Below, in pieces: positions 21,684-30,959 of a stretch of DNA of 64,000 bases. Source of the stretch: an uncultured Planctomycetota bacterium (GTDB lineage: Bacteria; Planctomycetota; Planctomycetia; Isosphaerales; Isosphaeraceae); contig CAVURY010000050.1 of assembly GCA_963743925.1 (NCBI GenBank), positions 14,358 through 78,357 of the forward strand. Reading direction: 5' to 3'. The position numbers were made by a program, and so were the translations under genes. Under the pieces are notes generated by a model. The model was given only the letters and a program-made list of their open reading frames with translations, was not told where the DNA came from and made no database searches. The stretch's first letter is position 1. The number at the start of each line of letters is the position of its first letter.

Positions 21684-23510
21684 TCAGCGACTCTGTTCGC
21701 GATCGAAGAGCTCATCTAGACGCCGCCGCGCGTCTACATGGCCGGGAGCGAGGCGCAGTGCTTCGGTGAACTCCTTGGCTGCCTCGTCGCTCAGTCCCAT
21801 CAGCGCGAGCACGGTGCCAAGACTGACACGAGCCTCGGCGTTTCGGGGTTGGCATCGAACTGCCTCGAGAAGCTGGTACCCAGCCTCTTTGAGCCGTCCT
21901 ATTTTGAGGAGCACCATCCCCAAGTCGTAGTGGGGCTCGAACCGATTCGGTTCGAGCCGAGCCGCGCTCGCGAACTGGGCGATCGCTCCATTGGGGTCGC
22001 CTTGTTTGAGGAGAGCGAGGCCGAGATTTCCACGGGCGTCAACGTTGTTCGGGTCGATCCGAATCGCCTTGTGAAGGTGGGTAAACCCCTCCTTAACATG
22101 GCCGGCAAACACCAGGTCAACGCCAAGATCACTCTCCAGGATGGCGTCACGTCCGGTGCCTATCCGCAGGGCATGCACCCTCAGAGTGTTCGAGTCCCGC
22201 CAAGTCTGGCACTGGGTCCAGCTTAACGTTATTAGAACTCCGACGAGACCGAGCACCGCCGCACAGACTGCTAGAGCGACGGCCCTTGGCCGCCGCGATC
22301 CCGCGATAGCACCAGCTAGCCCCACAGCCACTACCAGATGGAGCGGCATCGTCGCGATGTAGCTGTAGCGATCCGCCACGAGCATGGAGCCATACGAGAT
22401 CAGCCCGCTATTTGGTGTCAGTAGGATCGCGTAGGCCAGCAGCGCCGCCACGATGGCCGGTTGTCGTCGTCGCTGCCGGTAGGCCGCGACGCCCAAGGCC
22501 GTCGCCATCGCGAGGCTCGCCACAAATCGAGGTTCGAACGGGTCAACCGGGTCAGGCCGAAAGTTGTAGGCCGACAAGTCGCTCGGCCAGACCGTCTTCC
22601 GAAGATAATAAACCAGCCCGTACCCTCCCACGGCAACGCGTTCGACGGTCAAACGCGCCGGTCCCGGACGATAATCGGTCAACCTGGGAGGGTCTGTCTT
22701 CGCCCTGACGGCGATTAACGCCACGGCGGTCGCGAGGACGACGTAAGGGAGCTTCTCGACACTGACCCGAAGCACCGATCGCCCCGCACCCGAGCGATTG
22801 AGCACCGAGAAATCCAGGATCACCAGAACTAACGGCAGCCCCACGGGCACCGCCTTGGAGCCGAGCGCCGCGGCGAACAGCACGACCGAGGCGGACAACC
22901 AAGCCAGCCGCCGTCGGTTGTCCTGCCAACCGCGCAGGTAAGTGAGCACTGCCATCAGACTGAAGCCTGCGCAGGGCAAGTATGGCTGACACGACGCCCA
23001 CGCTACGACCTCGACCCGAAGCGGATGTACGGCGAACAACGCCGCAGCCAAGCCTGACGTCAAGGAGATGGCCCACGAACGCCCGGCCTGGATTTCAGGC
23101 AGGGACCGGGAAACGAGGGTTCGGATCAGGAAGTAGAACAAAACGGCATTGATCGCATGCAGTGCGAGACTCGCCAGGTGATAACCCTTGGGGTTGAGTC
23201 CCCAGGCGAGGTATTCGGTCTCCAGGAGGATCCAGGCGAGGGGCTGATAAGCGCCTTGCAAGACGGTCGTGCAGGCCCACCGTATTTGCGACCAACCCAA
23301 GCCCCGAAAGTTCGGGTTTTGGAGAAAGTTGGTTTGGTCGTCCCAATGCTCGGCAAAGCCATTCGAGAGAACCGGTATGAAGGCGACGAGCGACAGCAGC
23401 CCGACCGCAACCGCAACACCGCACTCAACGAAGTCCCAAGCCGGTCGGCGTGTCGATGCGTCGGCCTCAATCCCTCCTGGCATCGGGTCGGCCTGACAAC
23501 CCACCTTCAT
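21684..23510 (-). CDS. Polytopic membrane protein, TMTC/PMT-like (GT-C fold) with C-terminal TPR repeats
   Basis: Multiple TM helices. The N-terminal loop reads ...NGFAEHWDDQTNFLQNPNFRGLGWSQIRWA...YQPLAWILLETEYLAWGLNPKGYHLASLALHAINAVLFY. The C-terminal TPR block reads NLGLALLKQGDPNGAIAQFASAARLEPN.... Start set at MKVGCQ; the ORF is open to 23672. Confidence 0.7.
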   Translation of the reverse strand: MKVGCQADPMPGGIEADASTRRPAWDFVECGVAVAVGLLSLVAFIPVLSNGFAEHWDDQTNFLQNPNFRGLGWSQIRWACTTVLQGAYQPLAWILLETEYLAWGLNPKGYHLASLALHAINAVLFYFLIRTLVSRSLPEIQAGRSWAISLTSGLAAALFAVHPLRVEVVAWASCQPYLPCAGFSLMAVLTYLRGWQDNRRRLAWLSASVVLFAAALGSKAVPVGLPLVLVILDFSVLNRSGAGRSVLRVSVEKLPYVVLATAVALIAVRAKTDPPRLTDYRPGPARLTVERVAVGGYGLVYYLRKTVWPSDLSAYNFRPDPVDPFEPRFVASLAMATALGVAAYRQRRRQPAIVAALLAYAILLTPNSGLISYGSMLVADRYSYIATMPLHLVVAVGLAGAIAGSRRPRAVALAVCAAVLGLVGVLITLSWTQCQTWRDSNTLRVHALRIGTGRDAILESDLGVDLVFAGHVKEGFTHLHKAIRIDPNNVDARGNLGLALLKQGDPNGAIAQFASAARLEPNRFEPHYDLGMVLLKIGRLKEAGYQLLEAVRCQPRNAEARVSLGTVLALMGLSDEAAKEFTEALRLAPGHVDARRRLDELFDREQSR

Positions 23511-23847
23511 ACTACTCCGGACAAAGGAACCGAGGCTCGAATGGGCGTCTACTCTAATCGCCGAACTCGAATGCGTGGAACGGCGGACCAAGCGCGGCGT
23601 GCTCGCCTCCACCCGCTCGGGCGTGAGCCCTAAAGATCCCGACAGTGTATTCCCGTTGACCGCTCCAAACAATACCCGTGCAGCGGGACGAACAAGCCAT
23701 GCGGAGGCAACCCGCGCCAGTCGCCTGCGGGAGGTCGAGACCGGTCGGATTCCGGATAAACAAGTGGCTTCGAGTCGCCAACTTCGATAGACTCATGGTT
23801 GGTTCTCCGTCGGGTATGAGCGTTGCTGGCAAAGCATGCGACTCGTG

Positions 23848-23871
23848 TCCCGTCAACCTTCGATTGACCGG
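23848..23871. promoter_or_regulatory. Dyad motif copy 1: TCCCGTCAA-N7-TTGACCGG
   Basis: Read directly from the sequence. Lies in the divergent intergenic region between 23510 (-) and 23979 (+). A second copy lies 84 nt downstream. Confidence 0.35.
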
Positions 23872-23931
23872 TGGCCCGACGGCCAGGAGAATCGAGAAAA
23901 AGTCTGCTATTCCCGACGACCGAATAAGTCT

Positions 23932-23955
23932 TCCCGTCAATCGACGGTTGACAGG
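23932..23955. promoter_or_regulatory. Dyad motif copy 2: TCCCGTCAA-N7-TTGACAGG
   Basis: Read directly from the sequence. Ends 24 nt upstream of the GTG at 23979. Confidence 0.35.
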
Positions 23956-23978
23956 ACACCGGGGCACTTTCTCGAAAG

Positions 23979-26248
23979 GTGCGGGGCCTTCCCATGGTCG
24001 GGAGTTTCGGACGTAGCCACGCCCCCTTCCTGTCGGTACTGGCCACATTGGGCGTGACGCTTGGCGGCCTGCTCGTGGGCTACGAGCCAATAGGTGGCGA
24101 CCCCGACGGCATGTATCGGCCGATCAAGACAGAGTTGGCACGCGCGCTCCAAAGGGGCGGGTTCCCCTTCTGGAGCGATCGCATCGGGCTCGGAATTCCG
24201 CTCGTGGCCGAGAGCCACGCGGCGGCATTCTATCCACTGAACTGGCTGCTCTACGGGGCGCTGAGCACGTCATTGGCCTACCGATTGGCGATGTGGCTGC
24301 ATTTTGCGGCTACCGGCTTGACCACCTATCTTTACGCGAGGACACTCGGACTGGAGAAGTGGGGTGGGGCGCTCGCGGCGCTGGCCTTCGCACTCTGTGG
24401 GTTTCAGTCCAGCCACGCGGTTCACGAACCGCTTTATCACGCGGTGCCTTTCCTCCCGCTGGCACTCACGCTTGCCGAGCGCCACCTGATCGACGGCCGT
24501 CTGGCCTGGTTGGCGGCGCTCTCGCTGGGATTAGGCGCGGCGATCACGTTGGGACATTTTCAGATCCAGGCGTGGACCGGCGGCCTGGTCGTGCTTACGG
24601 CGCTCTGGCGCGTCTTCGGGGGAGAAACGTCTTGGCGGCGGGCTGTTGGCCTAACTGTGGCCGTGATCTGTGCCGGGGCGGTCTCCGCGCCACAACTTAT
24701 ACTAACCGCGGAACTGGTGAGGTTCGTCGGGTTCAGCCGACCGATCCAGGAGTTGTTTCTCGGTTCCTTTCCGCCGGCGCATTGGGCTCAGATTGTCCTA
24801 CCGAGCCTGTTCCTGAGCTTCCACGGCGGTCCCACCTCGTCGTACTGGGCCTCCCAGTCAACTTCCGGCAGGGAGGCGTGCTTGTACGTGGGGACCGTGA
24901 CGCTGGTCTTCGCCGGGGTAGGTCTCTTCGGCGCAAAGACCGATCGCTGGTCCTCTGGTGCTGGCTCGGCGTGCTCGGCTTGTGTCTAGCGACGATGCCC
25001 CGATTATGGCCTGACGGTTACCGGATTGTCTTGCGCATCCCTGGCCTGAACGTGTTCCGTTGTCCGGGACGGTACACGCTGCTAACCAGTATGGGCCTCT
25101 GCCTGCTGGCCGGCCGGGGATTCGACCGATCGGTGTCGGGGAGGCAATTCTGGTATGGGTTTGCACTGGCGGCGGCCTTCGCGGGGGCAGCGGTGGCCTG
25201 GGTGGTTATCTGGTCGTCGCGCCCCGAGGTCCTCGTAGCATTGAACGACAACGTGCGGACAACCCGGATTGTCGCCGGGGTCGCGGCATGGCTGATCGCG
25301 TTGGGAGTTGTCGCGACCTGGCGTGCAGGCCGGGCCTCTCAATGGGTCCCACTTCTGGTCACCGCGTGTGAGCTCGCGTGGCTTTTCTACGGCGGATACA
25401 CGCGCTGGGACTTGTCGGTGCGTTTGCCCGATGATAGTCCGGTCCTCCGACGTCTGGTACAAGAACCGGGAGTCGGTCTGGTTGCGGGTTGGGTCCAAGA
25501 CCTTCCGGTTCGCATCGGATTGACGACCGGCGATCCTTATCTTGGGATTACTGCCCCCCAGCCGAACAATTTGCTCGAAGCAGCGGCCTTGCCCGAGAGG
25601 GCACCATCGCCTTACCGACTCTTGATGCTCAGGTTTGGCGTCACGCATGGCATATTCGAAGACGATGTGCGGTTGGTGGCCGGGGACGTGCTCTATCGAG
25701 GCAACGATCCGACTCTGGACCTCCTGCTACCTCGAAGAAAGCAGTCCGGACGCAGGATCTGGCGGCTTGAGCGGTATGCCGGCGCACTGCCGGAGGCCCG
25801 AGCGGCAGTCAACGTTCGGGAGGTCCGGGACTGGGCAACGATGGTGTCTGCCACGAGGCACACGCTCGACCCCAACATCGTCTGGTTTCTATCCACTGAC
25901 CGACCTGAAACACCGCCCGGCCCGCGCGGCCACTCGGCTCGCGTTGTCCGCTGGGACGGTCTCTCGGGCGAAATCGAGCACGACGGAACGTGCGACCTGG
26001 TGCTCCGTCGCGCAGCCTATCCCGGCTGGACCGCACAGCTCGACAACGGCCGCGCCGCACTCATCATCCCGGCGGATGGTGGACTTCAATCGATACGACT
26101 CCCCGGATCAGGCCTCACTCGGATCACCCTGAACTATCGCCCGGCCCTGCTCTGGCCCGCGGTGGGCGTTTCGCTCATGAGCGTAGCCGCGTGCGTGACG
26201 GTCCTTTGCGCTTCGGCCGTTCGCCTCGCCCGGAGCCCACGAACCTGA
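23979..26248 (+). pseudogene. YfhO-like polytopic membrane protein (putative GT-C glycosyltransferase), split by one frameshift near 24935-24937
   Basis: ORF 23979..24989 ends ...TLVFAGVGLFGAKTDRW. A second frame (part of ORF 24293..26248) continues ...KDRSLVLWCWLGVLGLCLATMP... to 26248. One extra A in the AAA run restores a single ~755-aa protein. Confidence 0.65.
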
Positions 26249-26507
26249 TGAACGCTCGGCTATCGCGCGGAGGCCATCAGCCGCCGCAAACGGACAATGT
26301 TGTCGCGTCGGTGCGACAAGTTGCTCAGAGACCGGCCCCACGAAAAGGATCAAGTGGGCTCGCCAGTGATTACCTCGAGAGGAATAAGGATGGGATTCGT
26401 TGCGCAGGGCAGACATCGATTGGTGAGGCTACCGTCCCGCGATTTATCAGATGCAGTAAGCACTTCGACTCAATGTGCCTCATTAGTGATGCGATAGTCA
26501 CGATCGA

Positions 26508-29393
26508 TTACGCGGCCTTTATGGCCAGAGGTTTCCGCCGAGCCCAGAAGGCCAGGCCAGCGAGTCCCGCGAGCCCGAGGAGCCCGAACGCGGCCCCAAT
26601 CCGGAACGACGTCGGCTCATAGGTGTAAACCAGTTCATGCGATCCGGAGGACACCGCGGCGGCCCGCATCATCAGATTCGGCGCAAGACGGGCGCGGGCT
26701 CACCATCGATTGTCAGTCGCCAACCAGTGTCATAAGCATCGGCAAGGACAACGATCCCAGGCCGCTGCAACCTTGCTCGGATCACCGCCCGGGTGGAAGT
26801 CTCATATCGGACACTCACCGCCTCAGACCCTTCAGTTATTCCCGCATCACCGGCCAGGTACGGAGCCAGCATCTCCGGTCTTTCGGTCTCAACGTAGGCG
26901 ATCTCACGGAGGAAAGCAGGAATGCGAGGATCCGAGCGTGTTGAATTGTCCGACACGCGGAGCCGGGTCAGCAGCGCGTCTCGTAGAGCGGATTGCGGTG
27001 CGTCGAGCTGGCCGAGGATCCGAAAGTCGTGGACAACCCAGGCGCGGGGGAACGCCGCGCGGTTCCTACGGACCTGCACATCCCGAGAAATGAGCCAATC
27101 CTGGCGATCTCGTAGATGTTCGGGACCCTCGAGCGACTTCGGGTCGGGATAGATCAGATCGGTTTGATCGAGGAAAGCTGCGTAACTGCGATTGTCCCTG
27201 CTCCATTCCCCGGGGTACGACGGGATGACGAAGAAGCGGGCTCCCCAGAGGTCAAACGCCCCGCGAGGATGATAGAGCACCCGCCGGCCCGGCTCGACCC
27301 CCAGCATAGCCGCCATCTCCGGGTCTGCCGCCCGGAACGCCGGCAGGAAGAGGCGCCGGTAGTCGGGATGCCCGGTCTCGCTCTCGTCCGTGAAGACATA
27401 GCTCATCCCACCCAGTAAACCGAAGCCCGGCTGGAGTGTGTCGATCTCCCACTCGACCAGCTCGCCCAGCCGATTCGTTGACGGTCGCTCAGCCCAACCG
27501 ATCGGGACCCAGGACTGGAGCCGGTGAATCCGGAATGGACCCGGGCTAGGGTCGTCCCGATCCGACTCGCGTATGGCTTTCAGGACCGCGGATTCACGCT
27601 CGAAGGACGATTGGGGCATCGTGATGACGAGGGGTGAGCCTGTCACGCTGAGGTCGATCGCCAAGAGGCCGACCGCAGCCAGACCGGCCAGAACGACCCG
27701 ACTCCTCGCCCATCCGAGCACGACGAGGGTCAGGCCCGATGCGATCCCGCCGTGAGCCAGGCCCCGGATTATCTCGGCGAAAGCGGCCTTCGCGTCGAGC
27801 GGTCCGAACACGGCATGCGTAGACTCCCTGGCGGCGATCGCGTCCACGATCCGGACTCGTAGCCACGTTGCTCCAACTAGCGCCAGAGCGCTCAAAGCCA
27901 GTAATCCCGTCGCGATGACAAGAGATCGGCGGTGGCCAACACCGTCAGCGACCCGATCCCAACCGAGACCTGCCAGCGCCGACAGGGCCAGGGATGAAAA
28001 GACCAGGAGTTTGAATGGGAAGCGGAAGAGGCGTAGGACAGGCAGAATTGTGGCGAGCAGGCCGTATAAACTGTCGTCACCGGCATTTGGCGACGGCTCG
28101 CCCGCCGACCAGCTCGCCAGCCCGGCGAATTCGCCGAGGCTTGCCCAGAAACTGAGGACTGCAATGGCGGTCATCCAGGCCCGCCAGGGCGGACCGCCAC
28201 GGAATCCGGCCGCGCCGAGTGCCAGTACGAACGGGAGGGCGCCGGCGTAAAGCGAGAGGGGCGAAGGCCGATGGGCGCCGACCGGGGGTAGGATCGGAAT
28301 CCAGTAATGGTTCCCCGCCGTGAACGTGCCGAAGACGTTGGGCCAGATCCACTCGACGACGCGGTACGGGAGCAGGCTGGAATCATACAGGTTTTCCGGG
28401 CGATCCGCAGCCATTCGCACGCTCGTCGTGATCTGGTCGAGCACCGGGAGCACCTGGGGCGCGGTGAGCAGGAGCGCCAGGATCACTGCGGCGAACAGTC
28501 CCGACAGCAACCCGGCGAGGCGAGCGCGATGTCCGCGGCGACGTCTCACCACGTAGGTCAGTATGCCGACGGCCCATGTCGCCAATAGGATGACCTGCAC
28601 CGACCGTGAACCCGTGCCCTGGATTCTCGGCACCAGCGAGGGTCCTGCCCAGATCCAGACAAACGCGACGATGGCCAGTGCCATCGCCCACGATCCGGGC
28701 CGAGACCACGTACCCATCGACGATTTCGACAGGGCCACAGCATAGCCCAGCGCAGAGCACCGTGAAATAGGCCGACTCCGGATCGCCGCCGAGGACCTGC
28801 ATCGCCAGGATCAAAGACAGCTCGACGAGGGCTGATCGCCGTCCCTGCCGGAGCCAGGCATCGGCCGCCCGAAAGCCCAGAGGGACCCACGCAGCCCCAA
28901 CAAGATAGATGATGTTGAAGTAATCCGAGAGCACCACCCCACCGAAGGCGTAGGACAAGCCCGCGATAATGGCGCCAGTCCAGCTCACGCGCCAGGAGCG
29001 CATCAGGGCCGCCATGGCCCAGAACGCAAGGACCTCGTGCCCGACCGTGTAGAGTCGCAGTCCCCACGCATAAGGCACCAGCGCGAACAGGATCTTGCCG
29101 GGATACAGGACTGCCGCCATGGGGCTGCCGAGCATCGGCATCCCGCCGTTTTCGCCCGGCTCCCAGAGGGGAAGCCGCCCCGCCGACCATTCCTGCTGCA
29201 CGCGCCAGTAGAGCGGATAATAGAAGTGCGCCGAGTCGCGAAAGGCGAACTGGCGGCCGCCGAACAGGACCCCTCCAAAACAGGCGACCACCATGGCCGA
29301 AAGGACCATCAGCCCGAGAACCGGACCCTGTTGAACGAGTACCAACGCCCGGCGCGAAACCAGCCAGGGTTTTCGGCATGCTTCGCGCCTCAT
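26508..29393 (-). pseudogene. Second YfhO-like polytopic membrane protein, split into three frames by two single-base frameshifts (near 28746-28748 and near 26680)
   Basis: ORF 28383..29393 reads ...ESAYFTVLCAGL and continues in ORF 26672..28738 as (G)YAVALSKSSMGTW.... After the apparent stop at 26672, a third frame reads NLMMRAAAVSSGSHELVYTYEPTSFRIGAAFGLLGLAGLAGLAFWARRKPLAIKAA* to 26508. That is the expected C-terminal strand plus TM of this family. Confidence 0.6.
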
Positions 29394-29458
29394 CCGGACT
29401 TTCAGCTAGAGCGATTCACGCTTGGTTTTAGCACAGCCTGACACGCATGTCACTCATA

Positions 29459-29530
29459 CTAACCCGACGCGCCAGCGAGGGGAATGCCGTCGGACCCTCG
29501 CTGGCGCGTCGAGTTAGCATGCATTTTTTT
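29459..29530. repeat. Long near-perfect palindrome (22-23 bp arms, 13-nt loop) followed by T7; REP-like element or terminator
   Basis: The arms are CTAACCCGACGCGCCAGCGAGGG ... CCCTCGCTGGCGCGTCGAGTTAG, followed by GCATGCATTTTTTT. It lies 45 nt beyond the stop of the RND adaptor gene. Confidence 0.6.
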
Positions 29531-29574
29531 GCGCAAACCAAGCGTGCATCGCCCCAGTATCGAATCGCGGTCGG

Positions 29575-30939
29575 TCAGTGACCCTTGGAAGGCACGGTCA
29601 TGATGACCACGTCCTTATCCTTGAATCGATCGAGCCGATCCTGGCCGGGTTGCGAGACCAGGAGGCTACCTTCGGACATGAGCTTGTCTTCGAACATCTG
29701 CTCGAGGATCAGGCTGCCGGTCGTCACGACTTCCTCGCCGGGCTTCAATTCGGGGTGGCCTTCCGCGGGCGCCGCGACGATGACGATATCATTGCTCTCC
29801 TTGGCGGTCAGGATGGATCGTCGTTCGAACACGTTACCCTTGCCGGGCTTGCGGATGAAGACATAATCGGTTCGGTCGACCGAAACCATCGAGGCGCGGG
29901 GGATGACGGTCTGCCCCGTCTTGGGCGGGATCTTCACCTGAACCTTCACGAACGCGCCGGCCTTGACCTTGCCCGAGAGGTTGGGAATCGTCGTACGGAA
30001 CTTCGCCGACCGCGTATCGGGATCGATCGCTTTATCGATGTAATCGATCTTGGCGTTGACCTCACGTTCGGTGGTGGAGAAGGGAAAGATGACCTTCAAG
30101 TCCTGTCCCACCTCAACCTTATCGGCATCGAGCTCGCTGACGTTCCCTCGAACATAGAGCTGGTCGAGCGGGGCGATCACCATCAGCTCGTCCTTGGAAT
30201 CATAGTAGTTGCCGACGACCACCGTCTTCTTCACGACGATCCCATCCCCGCGCGAACGGAGGATCATCTTGGCCTTGAGGGCGCCGTCTTCTTTCGGTGC
30301 GTCGAGGATCTCCTGCTCGGTCAGCCCGTAGACCAGGAGTTTGTCCTTGGCGAGCTTCATCTTGAGCTGGCTCTGCTGCTCATCGTTCTCGACCTCGATC
30401 AACTCTTTCTTGGGAAGGGTGTCATTCTTGGCCAGCGGGGTCTTGTAATCGTAGACCTTCTTGTCGTGTTTGTACTGGCTGCAAGCCACTTCGTAGTCGC
30501 TCTTGGCCGCGGCGAGGTCCGTGCTGAAGAGGTCGATCAGCGGATCGCCCTTCTTGACGATCGAGCCGAGATCCACCAGGACCTTGTTGACCCGGCAATT
30601 ATCGAACTGGGTTCGGACGATCGTCACGGTCGCGGGTACATAATCGGTCACGCCGAAGAGGGGCAAGATCGTCGGATCGGTCTGCTTGAGAACGGGCACC
30701 TTGTCCACGCCGATCGCCCTGACCTCGTCATCCTTGAGGCTGAGAGTGCGGTCCCACTGGTTCTTCGGGGATTTGGTCCAGGACTTATCGGGCTGCGGCT
30801 CCTCGGCATGGGCCGTCGATTGAGAGAGCTGACGGATTACGCCCAGGACATGCCCGCGGGCTTTCTCATTCAGAGTGACCACGGTCGCGCCGGCGATGAT
30901 GACCACCAGGGCTAGCGGAAGTTTCCAGTTCATCTTCAT
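29575..30939 (-). CDS. Efflux RND transporter periplasmic adaptor subunit (HlyD/CzcB-like)
   Basis: 454-aa ORF with an N-terminal TM/signal (MKMNWKLPLALVVIIAGATVV). Shows lipoyl/barrel-type sequence and a coiled-coil segment. Sits 20 nt downstream of the RND pump. Confidence 0.8.
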   Translation of the reverse strand: MKMNWKLPLALVVIIAGATVVTLNEKARGHVLGVIRQLSQSTAHAEEPQPDKSWTKSPKNQWDRTLSLKDDEVRAIGVDKVPVLKQTDPTILPLFGVTDYVPATVTIVRTQFDNCRVNKVLVDLGSIVKKGDPLIDLFSTDLAAAKSDYEVACSQYKHDKKVYDYKTPLAKNDTLPKKELIEVENDEQQSQLKMKLAKDKLLVYGLTEQEILDAPKEDGALKAKMILRSRGDGIVVKKTVVVGNYYDSKDELMVIAPLDQLYVRGNVSELDADKVEVGQDLKVIFPFSTTEREVNAKIDYIDKAIDPDTRSAKFRTTIPNLSGKVKAGAFVKVQVKIPPKTGQTVIPRASMVSVDRTDYVFIRKPGKGNVFERRSILTAKESNDIVIVAAPAEGHPELKPGEEVVTTGSLILEQMFEDKLMSEGSLLVSQPGQDRLDRFKDKDVVIMTVPSKGH

Positions 30940-30959
30940 GGTTCGGTGCCTCCGAAATC

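Noticed and set aside
21184-21930. 248-aa ORF as a real gene.
   Set aside because: Only its first ~25 codons carry meaning (the decayed intron-maturase zinc finger). The rest is low-complexity and overlaps the 3' end of the TMTC-like gene on the other strand.
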